Position numbers and translations under genes: made by a program. Positions 25,999 through 36,090 of a stretch of DNA of 64,000 nt are shown here, in pieces. Position 1 is the stretch's first letter. Each line of letters begins with the position of its first letter. The notes under the pieces were generated by a model that worked only from the letters and a program-made list of their open reading frames with translations, made no database searches and was not told the origin of the DNA. The stretch comes from an uncultured Eubacterium sp. (GTDB taxonomy: Bacteria; Bacillota; Clostridia; Lachnospirales; Lachnospiraceae). The stretch spans positions 103,005-167,004 of the forward strand of contig CAJTMV010000004.1 of NCBI GenBank assembly GCA_910577225.1, given 5' to 3'.

Positions 25999-27273
25999 AT
26001 GGCATATATTAAAAGAGCTGCAGAAGATACGATTGAACGGGTCTCTAAAATGTTTCCCGTGCTGTTAGTGACGGGCCCCAGGCAGGTTGGAAAAACGACT
26101 CTGCTGCAACAAATGGCCAAAATACAGCAAAGCGCAGGAGTGGAGCGGAAATATGTAACTTTGGATGATCCCGATGTCAGATATTTGGCAAAGCGTGATC
26201 CGGCACTATTTTTACAGAGGTATTCTCCACCGGTTCTGATCGACGAAATTCAGTACGCAACGGAGCTGCTGCCTTACATCAAAATGAGTGCGGACCGAAC
26301 AAAAATGAAAGGCGGCTTCTGGATTACCGGATCTCAGGTCTTTCGTTTGATGAAAAATGTAAGTGAAAGCCTTGCGGGGCGGGCTGGTATTGTGAATTTA
26401 TTAGGATTATCGGATGCGGAAATTTATCAGGAGCCAGGCGAACCGTATCAGACAGACGCGGCATACCTGATGAAACGCTTATCGGTAAGAACTCCTAAGA
26501 GTTTAAACGAAATTTACAGCCGAATTTTCAAAGGGTCTATGCCAGAGCTTTACGCAGATGAAACCGTAGATTGGGAGACCTGGTACCGCTCCTATGTAGA
26601 CACGTATCTGCAGAGAGATATTCGCGATCTTGCACAGGTTGCAGATGAAATGCAGTTTTACAATTTTATGACGATTGTTGCCGCCCATACCTCCAAACCT
26701 GTCATATATGAAGAACTGGCAGGCGCTGCCGGTATTTCAGCGTCAACAGCGAAAAAATGGCTTTCCGTTTTGATATCGTCTCATGTGATCACCCTTGTAC
26801 CGCCATACCACAACAATGCGCTAAAGCGCGTTGTTAAAATGCCGCTCCTGCACTTTTTAGATACCGGACTTGCAGCTTATCTGTTAAAATGGGGAAATTC
26901 CCAGGCACTGGAAAGAGGCGCCATGTCTGGGGCGTTCTTTGAAAGTTATGTGTTTTCAGAAATCTATAAGAGTTATCTGAACGCAGGGAAAGAACCTCCT
27001 ATTTATTATTATCGTGATAAAGACCGAAAAGAAATAGACCTGTTGATTTATCAAAACGGCGTGCTTTCTCCGATAGAGATCAAAAAAGCAGCGTCTCCGG
27101 GAAAAACAGCCATTAAGAATTTTAACGTATTAGAGCCTGTTACCCGCGAAGAATCGTTCGGAGGTTTGGAATCCCTGAAAGTAGAGATTGGAACAGGAAA
27201 TGTCATATGCATGGCGAGCGATTTGCTGCCTGTGGATGCAAAAAACTGGTATGTACCGGTCTGGTTAATCTAA
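25999..27273 (+). CDS. AAA+ ATPase with a DUF4143-type C-terminal domain
   Basis: Walker A TGPRQVGKTT and Walker B VLIDEIQ. The overall pattern is that of the widespread ATP-binding protein family. I prefer the start at Met20 of the tracked ORF (GGAAGAG RBS). Confidence 0.75.
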   Translation: MAYIKRAAEDTIERVSKMFPVLLVTGPRQVGKTTLLQQMAKIQQSAGVERKYVTLDDPDVRYLAKRDPALFLQRYSPPVLIDEIQYATELLPYIKMSADRTKMKGGFWITGSQVFRLMKNVSESLAGRAGIVNLLGLSDAEIYQEPGEPYQTDAAYLMKRLSVRTPKSLNEIYSRIFKGSMPELYADETVDWETWYRSYVDTYLQRDIRDLAQVADEMQFYNFMTIVAAHTSKPVIYEELAGAAGISASTAKKWLSVLISSHVITLVPPYHNNALKRVVKMPLLHFLDTGLAAYLLKWGNSQALERGAMSGAFFESYVFSEIYKSYLNAGKEPPIYYYRDKDRKEIDLLIYQNGVLSPIEIKKAASPGKTAIKNFNVLEPVTREESFGGLESLKVEIGTGNVICMASDLLPVDAKNWYVPVWLI

Positions 27274-27318
27274 TGCTCTGGATACATGGAAACGCTGCAG
27301 AAAAAGGAGGAACCTGAA

Positions 27319-27936
27319 ATGAGCGCACTTATTTATTTCGCTTCAGATGCTCCGTTAAAAGAGTGGGAAAGTCCGCACAACCGGATGATGTCTGTAAACG
27401 AAGCGCTGGCAGCAGGCATCGAAATTCCAGATATTCTGGATCTGGATGCCGTCGATAAAGACGATCCGCATATGCTGCTCTGGTCGGACAGTTATGTAAA
27501 AAAGGAAGACACAGGCATATTGGAAGACAGCGGGTTTGACGACGATATTTCCATTCGCGCCATGGAAAAATCTGAGGATGTATTAACGGAAAAGAACTAC
27601 TGCGCCTGTCTGGAATGGCCAGGCTTCACGAAAGGACGCGCACAGCGTCTGATTACTTATATCAGGGAACATTTAACATCCGCTCAGGAGATCGAATTGT
27701 GGCATATCTGGATGGGAAGCTCGTATCCGCCGCCGCAGATTCAAAAATCGTACATCCGGCTGGAAGAACTGCATACGGATGTTATCGAAAAGCTGTATCA
27801 CTGTGAAGCCGGACAGGGACAGCCGGTTGCCGGTTATGTAAAAATACAGCCAGATCAGGGGATTACAGAAGAGGAGCTGGAGCGCGAAATCCACTATTGT
27901 ATTGTGATTCAGAAAAGCCAGGCTGACAGATGCTGA
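27319..27936 (+). CDS. Hypothetical acidic protein
   Basis: ORF with an AAGGAGG RBS before MSALIYFASD. No recognised motif. Confidence 0.45.
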   Translation: MSALIYFASDAPLKEWESPHNRMMSVNEALAAGIEIPDILDLDAVDKDDPHMLLWSDSYVKKEDTGILEDSGFDDDISIRAMEKSEDVLTEKNYCACLEWPGFTKGRAQRLITYIREHLTSAQEIELWHIWMGSSYPPPQIQKSYIRLEELHTDVIEKLYHCEAGQGQPVAGYVKIQPDQGITEEELEREIHYCIVIQKSQADRC

Positions 27937-27976
27937 ACAAATCTGACCGTTAGCAGGCGTATGGGAGGAAAATAAA

Positions 27977-28486
27977 ATGCCGCAGGGAATCCTGCTTCAT
28001 CAGGGAGAGAACGGATATACGTATTTAAAAAAGATTTTTCAGTCCATGCACGATTTTCAGAAAGATTATAACTGGCTGATTACCGACTGTGAGGCATACC
28101 CTGAAAATCCCAAACACGCTGCCCGTTTGTACCAGTCCTGACACGGCGGTTATACATGGATGAGCGGAGGAGAACTGACCAGGCTCATATATGAAGACGA
28201 TTTTCAGTGGATATGGGCCGTGTTATCCGGCTTTGCTCCTACCTGTTCCATAGAAGACGTGCTTAAATATCCGCTGCCCTGCATTCGCAACGCTGACAAC
28301 GATTGGAACAAGGCATACGGTATACAGCATCCTCTGGCATCCGTGGAGCTGTCAGCCTGGGACAGCAGCTATACGATATTTTTTAGTCATAATAAATCTC
28401 TGATGCAGCGATTTCAACAGTCGTTTCCTTTGGGCGAAAATCTTACAAAGCAAACGGATTCCGGTGCTGGTTCCCATGGTATATAA
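27977..28486 (+). pseudogene. Hypothetical gene interrupted by an in-frame TGA (28139-28141)
   Basis: The ORF at 27977-28141 (MPQGILLHQGENGYTYLKK...LYQS*) and the ORF at 28160-28486 are in the same frame. The reading continues as QS*HGGYTWMSGGEL. Confidence 0.45.
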
Positions 28487-28534
28487 AAAAACAAAACAAA
28501 TCTGTAACAATCGGTCAGATTTGTTTTGTTTTTT
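28485..28534. terminator. Bidirectional intrinsic terminator between convergent genes
   Basis: Long inverted repeat aaaaaaacaaaacaaatctg / cagatttgttttgtttttt with an 11-nt loop. It is A/T-flanked on both sides. Confidence 0.7.
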
Positions 28535-28546
28535 ATATGCGGATGT

Positions 28547-30052
28547 TTAATCTGTCCAGTTCATACGTCCGTATCGTTTGGTAACAGATACAATCTCTTC
28601 CAAAAGCGCGTCTGAAAGGTCTTTTTTTGTCATCCGCCATCTCCAGTTCGTACCTACCGTAGAAGGCTTATTGGTGCGGCAGTCGTTGTCCAGACCCATA
28701 TAATCCTGCATCGGAATGATACACATCTTTGCGCTGCTGCGCATTACGAGCGAGATAAACGACCGATAGAGCAGCTTCTGCGGCGTATGCTGGTCACAAA
28801 GATAATCTCTTGCAAGCTGACGTTCTTCTTTTTTGATAGAAGTAAACCAGCCGGCAATTGTCTCATTGTCATGCGTACCGGTGTATGCGACGCAGTTTTC
28901 GATGTAATTATGCGGCAGGTAGTCGTTGGCGGAGCCGGAATCCCTGGAATCAAACGCAAACTCCAGTACCTTCATGCCCGGGAAACCGCTGTCAGATACG
29001 AGCTGACGCACGGAATCTGTTACATAGCCAAGGTCTTCCGCAATAACGTCATGTTTACCCAGATGGCGCTCCATACAGCGAAACAGCTCGATGCCCGGAC
29101 CTTTTTCCCAATGTCCGTTGACCGCGGATGCTTCGCCGAACGGAATGGAATAATACTCGTCAAAACCGCGAAAATGATCGATCCGCAGGACATCATACAT
29201 TTGAAAGCAAAAGTACAGGCGGGACATCCACCATGCGTAGTCCGTACTGCGGTGATAATCCCAGCGATAGAGCGGATTCCCCCAGAGCTGTCCGTCCGCA
29301 GAAAAGCCGTCCGGCGGACAGCCTGCAACCGCATATGGTACGTTGTTCTCATCCAGCTGGAACAGCTCCGGATGCGCCCAGGCATCTGCGCTGTCCATTG
29401 CAACGTAAATCGGAATATCGCCGATAATACGAATGCCTGCTTCATTGACATATGCTTTTAACGCCTTCCACTGTTTAAAAAACTGAAACTGCATATATTG
29501 CTGAAATTCAATTTCAAAATACAGCTCCTTGCGGTAGTAATCCATCGAATAACCATAACGCAGACGGATGTCTTGTGGCCATTCGTTCCATGGCACGCCG
29601 TCGAAACGGTCTTTTAATGCCATAAACAAGGCATAGTCGGACAGCCACCAGTTGTTTTCAGACACAAACCGCTGGTAATCCGGATTTTCGGATATGTTGC
29701 TGCGTTCGTAGGCTTTGTGCAGCAAAGGGTAGCGGCTTTGATACATTTTTTCATAATCGATGTCATCTGGCCGTGTTCCAAAATCGGCCTCGTCGCATTC
29801 TTCCTTCGTCAGAACTTCTTCTTCGATCAGCGTTTCCAGACTGATAAAGTAAGGATTTCCGGCAAATGTGGAAAAGGACTGATAAGGGGAGTCGCCATAA
29901 CTGGTCGGGCCAAGCGGCAGAATCTGCCAGTAAGTCTGACCAGCTTTTTTCAGCCAGTCAGCAAAATCATAGGCGCTTTTGGAAAAACAGCCGATGCCGT
30001 ATTTTGACGGCAGACTTGTAATCGGGAGTAAAATTCCCGCTGCTCGATTCAT
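28547..30052 (-). CDS. malQ: 4-alpha-glucanotransferase (amylomaltase, GH77)
   Basis: GILLPITSLPS, SPYQSFS, LRIDHFRGF and GTHDN motifs. Confidence 0.9.
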   Translation of the reverse strand: MNRAAGILLPITSLPSKYGIGCFSKSAYDFADWLKKAGQTYWQILPLGPTSYGDSPYQSFSTFAGNPYFISLETLIEEEVLTKEECDEADFGTRPDDIDYEKMYQSRYPLLHKAYERSNISENPDYQRFVSENNWWLSDYALFMALKDRFDGVPWNEWPQDIRLRYGYSMDYYRKELYFEIEFQQYMQFQFFKQWKALKAYVNEAGIRIIGDIPIYVAMDSADAWAHPELFQLDENNVPYAVAGCPPDGFSADGQLWGNPLYRWDYHRSTDYAWWMSRLYFCFQMYDVLRIDHFRGFDEYYSIPFGEASAVNGHWEKGPGIELFRCMERHLGKHDVIAEDLGYVTDSVRQLVSDSGFPGMKVLEFAFDSRDSGSANDYLPHNYIENCVAYTGTHDNETIAGWFTSIKKEERQLARDYLCDQHTPQKLLYRSFISLVMRSSAKMCIIPMQDYMGLDNDCRTNKPSTVGTNWRWRMTKKDLSDALLEEIVSVTKRYGRMNWTD

Positions 30053-30069
30053 AGATAAGTCCTCCTTTA

Positions 30070-30936
30070 CTACGGGGCAGACGTTATACCGGTCTTAACC
30101 ATGACGCCAAAGTGATCAGACACTTCCGGTTCGTTTTGCCCGTTAAATATCACCGTGGAACTTTGCACGGGTATGGAGCGGCTGCACCAGATATGATCCA
30201 TGCGCATTCCATCCGGCATCGTTTCACTTTCACAAAAAGAACGCCAGCCGTCGATACAGCCGCGGACAGTAATCCCGCCGTCCTTTTTTTGTGCCAGCTG
30301 GTACGTATCGTACCAGCCGCTTTTTTGGATACAGTCATATCCCTGTCCGCGAAACTGTGCAGGACTGTTAAAATCACCCATCAGCCAGAGATTGGAATGA
30401 TCGTTCTTTTTGTCCTGCAGATGAGCGGCAAGCCGTTCCCACTGCGCGGCGAACGGTTCTTCTTCATCCTGCCACCATCCCATATGGAGCGTATAAAACC
30501 AGTCTTTGCCGCCTTTAGGAAGAATACCGAGCGCCTTGCGCGTCTTCCAATTATTGTAATCCTGACAGCCGCTGATAAAGAACGACTCGGCCGCGGCGAT
30601 GTTTTCTTTGCAAAACAGCGCCATTCCTTCGTCGTATTTTCCATATCCGATCTTGGCAGAGATCCAGGTCCAGGAGTAGTTAAGACCTCGTGCACGAAGC
30701 CGGCTGGCAGTCTGTGCCGCGTGGTTGTCTTCCCGGATCGTTACGGATTCGCCGTTACACGGATAATATCCTTCCAAAAGCTGCGCATCCGCACATGGAG
30801 CCGTCACGGACTGATTGACTTCCTGCAGGGCGAGAATATCCGGCTGCTTTTGCACCATTGCTTCGATAAACCGTTCCAGTTTTTCTTCATAATGCGCTTC
30901 CTGCAGGCTGTGTGTATTTAAAGTTAACAGTTTCAT
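30070..30936 (-). CDS. Endonuclease/exonuclease/phosphatase-family protein, MapP-like maltose-6'-phosphate phosphatase candidate
   Basis: EEP motifs (LTLNTHS, DILALQEV, SDHFGV). It lies directly downstream of a maltose/glucose-family PTS, like mapP after malT in Enterococcus faecalis. Confidence 0.6.
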   Translation of the reverse strand: MKLLTLNTHSLQEAHYEEKLERFIEAMVQKQPDILALQEVNQSVTAPCADAQLLEGYYPCNGESVTIREDNHAAQTASRLRARGLNYSWTWISAKIGYGKYDEGMALFCKENIAAAESFFISGCQDYNNWKTRKALGILPKGGKDWFYTLHMGWWQDEEEPFAAQWERLAAHLQDKKNDHSNLWLMGDFNSPAQFRGQGYDCIQKSGWYDTYQLAQKKDGGITVRGCIDGWRSFCESETMPDGMRMDHIWCSRSIPVQSSTVIFNGQNEPEVSDHFGVMVKTGITSAP

Positions 30937-30991
30937 AAACGATCGTCTCCTGAATCATAATTACAGGATATGAGAATCCTGCGTTGAATCA

Positions 30992-33175
30992 TTATAAAAT
31001 ATCGTTAATATCTGATTTGAGTACGTCTGCTTTCGGACCGTAGATGGCCTGAATGCCGTTATCTTTTTTCACCAGTCCGAGCGCGCCTTCTGCCTTCCAT
31101 GCAGCGGTATCAGCTACCTTTTCCGGATCTTTGACCGTTACGCGAAGACGGGTCATGCAGGCGTCTACAAGCGTAATATTCTCACGTCCGCCCAAAAGTG
31201 CGATAATACGTTCCGGCTGGCTGTTTGCGCCGCTGCCGCCGCTGGATTTGGAAGAGGACGCGTTTTCATCTTCGTTATCATCCGTATAGTTGCCAAGACG
31301 GCCGGGAGTCGCGAAATTTAACTTTCCGATCATAAAATAAGCGACAACATAACCAATGACAAAAAAGGCCACGCAGCAGATAACAAAATGAATAATATCT
31401 CCGCCAAGACCGGCTTTTAACGACATTGGCACACGGGTTAAAAATTCCAGGTTTCCAAACGAGTGCAGTCTTAAGTCGATAACGCCTGCCATTGCAAACG
31501 CACATCCCTGCAGCACCGCATATACGACATACAGCGGAAGTGCGCAGAACATAAACATAAATTCCAGAGGTTCCGTAACGCCTGTTAAAAATACAGCCAG
31601 TACGGTAGAAAAGAACATGGATTTGTAATTCTTTTTCTTGTCTGGGTCTACGCGGCGGAACATCGCAAGCGCGATACCAAGCAGCAGACCGGTAGCGCCG
31701 ATCATCTGGCCGACTTTAAAACGAGCCGGTGTAACGGTAGCCATCAGATTTTCATAAGAAGCAAGATCTCCCGCGTCTTTAAAGTTAATCAGGTCTGTCA
31801 CCCATGCCAGCCAGAGCGGATCCTGTCCAAATACTTCAGAACCTGCGTTGATGCCTGTCTGAATCAGATAGGTTCCGCCAAAAGAAGTATAATTCATTGG
31901 AATCGTAAGCATATGATGCAGTCCGAACGGAAGCAGCAGACGCTCCAGTGTTCCGTAAATAAATGGCGCAAATACCGGAGAAGAAGTAGAAGAATTTGCA
32001 ATCCATACGCCAAAGGAATTAATACCTGTTTGTACAACCGGCCAGAGCACTGCCATTACCAGGGAAATTACCGTAGAGTAGGCAATCACGGCAAGCGGAA
32101 CAAAACGTTTTCCGTTAAAGAACGATAAGGCATCCGGCAGCTTGCGGAAGTTGTAATATTTGTTGTAGACAACGCCGCCGACAAAGCCGGCAATAATACC
32201 GACAAACACACCCATGTTCAGGGCAGGCGCGCCAAGTACGGACGTAAAATAATTTTCGACAAGCATTTCCTGTCCGAATAAAGAGGTTACGGTAGCGCCG
32301 GGTTCATTTAACATCGCGCTTGTAACGCCGAATGCGGCGCCAGTGATACAGTTAATTAAAATAAAAGAAATAATGGCTGCAAATGCGCCGCCGGCACGTT
32401 CCTTTGCCCAGGAGCCGCCGATCGCAGCCGCAAATAAAATATGCAGGTTGTTAATAATCGCCCAGCCGATATTTTCCATGGTACTGCCGACCAGCTGGAT
32501 AGCCGATATGTCGCCTCCCGCCATCTGTACCAGTTTGCCGACGCTGAGCATCAGGCCGGCCGCCGGCATAACCGCGATAACGGTCATTAATACTTTGCCC
32601 AGTTTCTGAAGAAAATCAAAATTAATGCCCGCTTTTTTCTTTTCCGGCGCAGCGGTCTGCGTGTCGGCTGGTCTGGCTGCCGGCTGCGGCGCCGGCGCTT
32701 TTTGCGCTTCCGTTTCGTCTGCCGTTACGGTAATGACCGCATCCTGTCCGGCTTTTACCTTGCCGGAACAAGACTGCATCTTTTTGTCATCCATACCGTC
32801 GCAGATGAGCACAGGCGTAATCAGGTTCAGGTTTTTGCTCTTTAAAAAGGAAAGATCTGCTTCGGCGATCAGATCTCCGACCTTTACCTGATCTCCCTCA
32901 CTGATATGTACCGTAAATCCTTCGCCGTTTAAGCCGACGGTTTCCAGGCCGACATGTACAAGTACATCCAGGCCGTCCTCTGACTGAAAACCGTATGCAT
33001 GTCTGGTTGCCGCTACAGTCGCAACCACGCCGTTGACCGGACTGTAGACTTTGCCGTCTTCTGGCAGAATGGCAATACCATCTCCCAGCGCTTTTTCTGA
33101 AAACACCGGATCCGGAACCTGTTCCAGTGCAACGATTTCTCCCGTCAGGGGAGCAATGATTGAAATACTGCCCAT
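30992..33175 (-). CDS. PTS glucose/maltose-family transporter with domain order IIA-IIC-IIB
   Basis: N-terminal EIIA-Glc (DPVFSEKALGDG, HVGLETVGLNG) and a Pro/Ala-rich linker, then a polytopic IIC and a C-terminal IIB (VDACMTRLRV). Confidence 0.85.
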   Translation of the reverse strand: MGSISIIAPLTGEIVALEQVPDPVFSEKALGDGIAILPEDGKVYSPVNGVVATVAATRHAYGFQSEDGLDVLVHVGLETVGLNGEGFTVHISEGDQVKVGDLIAEADLSFLKSKNLNLITPVLICDGMDDKKMQSCSGKVKAGQDAVITVTADETEAQKAPAPQPAARPADTQTAAPEKKKAGINFDFLQKLGKVLMTVIAVMPAAGLMLSVGKLVQMAGGDISAIQLVGSTMENIGWAIINNLHILFAAAIGGSWAKERAGGAFAAIISFILINCITGAAFGVTSAMLNEPGATVTSLFGQEMLVENYFTSVLGAPALNMGVFVGIIAGFVGGVVYNKYYNFRKLPDALSFFNGKRFVPLAVIAYSTVISLVMAVLWPVVQTGINSFGVWIANSSTSSPVFAPFIYGTLERLLLPFGLHHMLTIPMNYTSFGGTYLIQTGINAGSEVFGQDPLWLAWVTDLINFKDAGDLASYENLMATVTPARFKVGQMIGATGLLLGIALAMFRRVDPDKKKNYKSMFFSTVLAVFLTGVTEPLEFMFMFCALPLYVVYAVLQGCAFAMAGVIDLRLHSFGNLEFLTRVPMSLKAGLGGDIIHFVICCVAFFVIGYVVAYFMIGKLNFATPGRLGNYTDDNEDENASSSKSSGGSGANSQPERIIALLGGRENITLVDACMTRLRVTVKDPEKVADTAAWKAEGALGLVKKDNGIQAIYGPKADVLKSDINDIL

Positions 33176-33515
33176 TTTTAGAATCCTCCGTTTCTTTATC
33201 GTTTATTTAGGTAGTATTAGCTGCGTTTCGCACAAAATTGTGCAAAAATAACGAAATAATCACGTTATTTTTTGCGCTGTTTTTGCGCGTCTTTTACGCA
33301 AACCGTTAAAATAACTGTACATCATTTATAACAAAAACGCAATGCAAAATCTGTAATTCACCTAATTTTTTACATTTTGCATACCAATGATACCATAATT
33401 TTATACAAAATGACTACTCGAAGATCGCCGAACGGTTGACTTTTTCTGAATTTTTATATAATATTCTATATATACGGTAGCGCGTTTATTTATGGAAGAA
33501 GAAGGAGTACAATTT

Positions 33516-34556
33516 ATGGCTGTTACGATCAAAGATGTTGCCGCACTGGCAGGCGTATCCCCGTCCACAGTATCCAGAACCTGTAAGGACCATCCGTCCA
33601 TTAGCAGGGAGACAAAAGAAAAAGTCCGGCGTGCCATGGCAGAGCTTGGCTATGAACCGAATATTCAGCCGGCTGGCGCCGGCCAGCCGCCGCAGTTAAT
33701 CAGCGTAATTCTTCCGCCTTCTTCCAGAGATGTATACGAGAATGCATTTTATCTGGAAGCAGTCCGCGGAATCAGCCAGTTTTGCAACGGTCGTGAATAT
33801 ATCAGCGCGGTAGTAACCGGAAAAGACGACGGAGAAATCCTGCAGGCTGTCCGTACGCTGGCAAAAGATGAACGTATGGGCGGCTTTATCGTGCTGTATT
33901 CCAAGCAGGACGACGCGATTGCAGAGTATTTGTATAACGAAGGCCTTCTCTATGTCCTGATCGGAAAAGCGAAGCAATATGCGAACCAGACCGTTTATAT
34001 CGATAACGATAACGTATTAGCCGGACAGGAAGCTACAGAATATCTGTATCAGCTGGGACATCGAAGAATTGCTTATGTAGGCAGCGAGCATGTGATGTAT
34101 TTTTCAGCCGAGCGAAGAGAAGGATATCAGCATGCGCTGCTAAAGCATGGTCTGACGTTCAATCCGGATTACTGTATCGAGGCGGATCGTCTGGCGTTTG
34201 ATGAAAACGGACTTTTTGAAAAGCTGCTGGAGCGGGAAGAACGGCCGACGGCTGTCGTTGCCAGCGACGATATTCTGGCAGTCGCGCTGGAGCGTACATG
34301 CATCCGTATGGGACTTTCCATACCGGAAGATTTGTCTGTCGTATCGTTTAATAATTCCCTGCTGGCACGCATTACTTCTCCGCAGCTGACCTCTGTCGAC
34401 GTAAACTCTTACCAGCTGGGGATGGAGGCGGCCTCTCAGCTGATTAATCATATCGAAAACCCAAATCTGCTGGCTACAAAGATTATTGTGCCTCATTTTA
34501 TGGTCGTACGAGGCAGCTGCCGGCAGATTTCGGATAATCATCACACGGAATCGTGA
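33516..34556 (+). CDS. LacI-family transcriptional regulator (MalR-like by context)
   Basis: HTH TIKDVAALAGVSPSTVSR plus a periplasmic-binding-fold C-terminus. It is divergent from the PTS gene. The ATG at 33516 follows GAAGGAG. Confidence 0.85.
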   Translation: MAVTIKDVAALAGVSPSTVSRTCKDHPSISRETKEKVRRAMAELGYEPNIQPAGAGQPPQLISVILPPSSRDVYENAFYLEAVRGISQFCNGREYISAVVTGKDDGEILQAVRTLAKDERMGGFIVLYSKQDDAIAEYLYNEGLLYVLIGKAKQYANQTVYIDNDNVLAGQEATEYLYQLGHRRIAYVGSEHVMYFSAERREGYQHALLKHGLTFNPDYCIEADRLAFDENGLFEKLLEREERPTAVVASDDILAVALERTCIRMGLSIPEDLSVVSFNNSLLARITSPQLTSVDVNSYQLGMEAASQLINHIENPNLLATKIIVPHFMVVRGSCRQISDNHHTES

Positions 34557-34756
34557 GCATGTTTTTGGGAAAGTAAAGTGCAGTGCTTTCAATCAGCGGC
34601 TTTTGAGATCGCGTCACAAACGGTTTCAAACGCCGCTTTTGATTTAAAATACGAATTGTACCAAAAAAACTGCGATTTATGCCGATCGAATAGAATTTGC
34701 CGGCTTCGTCGTGTTACTATATACGAAATCATGTCGAAATGAAGGAGGAATCAGGT

Positions 34757-36061
34757 ATGCTGGGAGGCTCATTTTGGATCGCGCTGTTACGCAATACGAT
34801 CAGCACAGGTTTGATGCTCACGTTTTTTCTGATGCTGGACCGTCCCAAATTATCGATGAAAAAAACGATTGGCTGTTATCTGGCGTTTGGTCTGACGCTG
34901 ATTACAGGCTACAGTATCTGGTATGTATATGCGAATGACAGTTTTGTTCAGTATGCCGCGTTTTCAACGCTGTTTGTTATCGGAATCTTCTGTATGCTGA
35001 TGAGCGGAGAAGTTATTTATTTGTCGCTTTATAAAATGGCTCTGGCGTTTTATGTGTTTTCCCTTTGTACATTTTGTGGTGTAGATGTGGCGCGCTGGGG
35101 ATTTGGCGATAATATTTTCGTCGATATTTTGGTACGTCTGATCTGTATGGTCCTGATTCTTTGGTTTACCTGGAAGAAATTCCGTAAACAGTTTCTGGGA
35201 AGCGTGGATTTTTTAATTGAAGAAATGGATCTGTGCAGCTCTGTGACGCTCTTTGTATCCGTAATGCTCGGGGCGATTATGGCTTACTGGCCGAATCTGC
35301 AGGGATTTTCTGTCTTTAATATGGTGCGTGCATTTTTGATATTGTTTATGGCAGGCGTGCTGCAGTATACCATTTTGCATTTATATATTCATCTGGGGCA
35401 GGAACATCATTATCAGGAAGAAAAAGAACTGATGAAAATCAACGAACAGCTGCTGCGCCGGCAGATGGATCTGATGCGGGAGTCGCAGCAGGAGACGGCA
35501 AGACATCGCCATGATATGCGGCACCATATGCTGCTGATACGGGAATACGCGCAAAAAGAAAAGGCGGTCGGACTGCTTGGTTATCTCGATCAGTATGAGG
35601 AAGAAATTGAAAACGGCAGTCTGAAAGAAATCTGTGCGAATCAGGCCGTAAACAGTATTTTATCCGCTTATGCGTCCAAAGCAAAGCTAAAGGATATCCG
35701 TGTGGAAACAGAAGTCAGTCTGCCGTTTACACTGCCTGTGCGGGACATCGACTGGGTGGCGATCCTTGCGAATATATTTGAAAATGCGATTCATGGATGT
35801 CTTTCATCCGGAAGACCCGATCCGCTGATACAGATACAGATTCTAAAGAAAGGCCGTAAAATCAGTATTCAGTGCGTCAACACATGCAGCGAACAGATTA
35901 CTTTCCTAAAAGGAATCCCTCAGTCAGATACCGGCGGAGGCATTGGCGTATCGAGTATTTTAAAAACGGCGGCCCGTTATCGCGGCGAGACGGACTTTTC
36001 TGTCAGAGACGGAGCGTTTGTGACACGGGTGCTTTTGAATGTGCCGCCAGACAATGCATAG
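34757..36061 (+). CDS. Orphan AgrC-like GHKL sensor histidine kinase
   Basis: Multi-TM N-terminal half. H-box ARHRHDMRHHMLLI, N-box NIFENAIHG, G-box GGGIGVSSI. No adjacent response regulator, agrB or agrD. The ATG follows GAAGGAGG. Confidence 0.7.
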   Translation: MLGGSFWIALLRNTISTGLMLTFFLMLDRPKLSMKKTIGCYLAFGLTLITGYSIWYVYANDSFVQYAAFSTLFVIGIFCMLMSGEVIYLSLYKMALAFYVFSLCTFCGVDVARWGFGDNIFVDILVRLICMVLILWFTWKKFRKQFLGSVDFLIEEMDLCSSVTLFVSVMLGAIMAYWPNLQGFSVFNMVRAFLILFMAGVLQYTILHLYIHLGQEHHYQEEKELMKINEQLLRRQMDLMRESQQETARHRHDMRHHMLLIREYAQKEKAVGLLGYLDQYEEEIENGSLKEICANQAVNSILSAYASKAKLKDIRVETEVSLPFTLPVRDIDWVAILANIFENAIHGCLSSGRPDPLIQIQILKKGRKISIQCVNTCSEQITFLKGIPQSDTGGGIGVSSILKTAARYRGETDFSVRDGAFVTRVLLNVPPDNA

Positions 36062-36090
36062 CGGCAGCCTCCGGCCGGAAAGGAAACGCT

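Noticed and set aside
28139-28141. TGA read as selenocysteine
   Set aside because: I see no SECIS-like hairpin immediately downstream and no sel genes in the window. The surrounding sequence (LYQS*HGG) does not resemble a redox motif.
28787-30921. Long + strand ORFs (28787-29461, 30112-30921 and others) opposite malQ and the EEP phosphatase
   Set aside because: They are antisense to genes with clear family motifs, have no RBS, and have the Arg/Pro/Cys-rich composition typical of shadow ORFs in GC-richer DNA.
33230-33310. Inverted repeats (GCACAA-AA-TTGTGC; AAAAATAACG...CGTTATTTTT) and three TTTTGCGC/TTTTACGC repeats at 11-bp spacing between the PTS gene and its LacI regulator
   Set aside because: These are real sequence features and likely operator or leader elements. 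I cannot assign them to a specific regulator, and none is a clean LacI-type palindrome, so I made no feature call.
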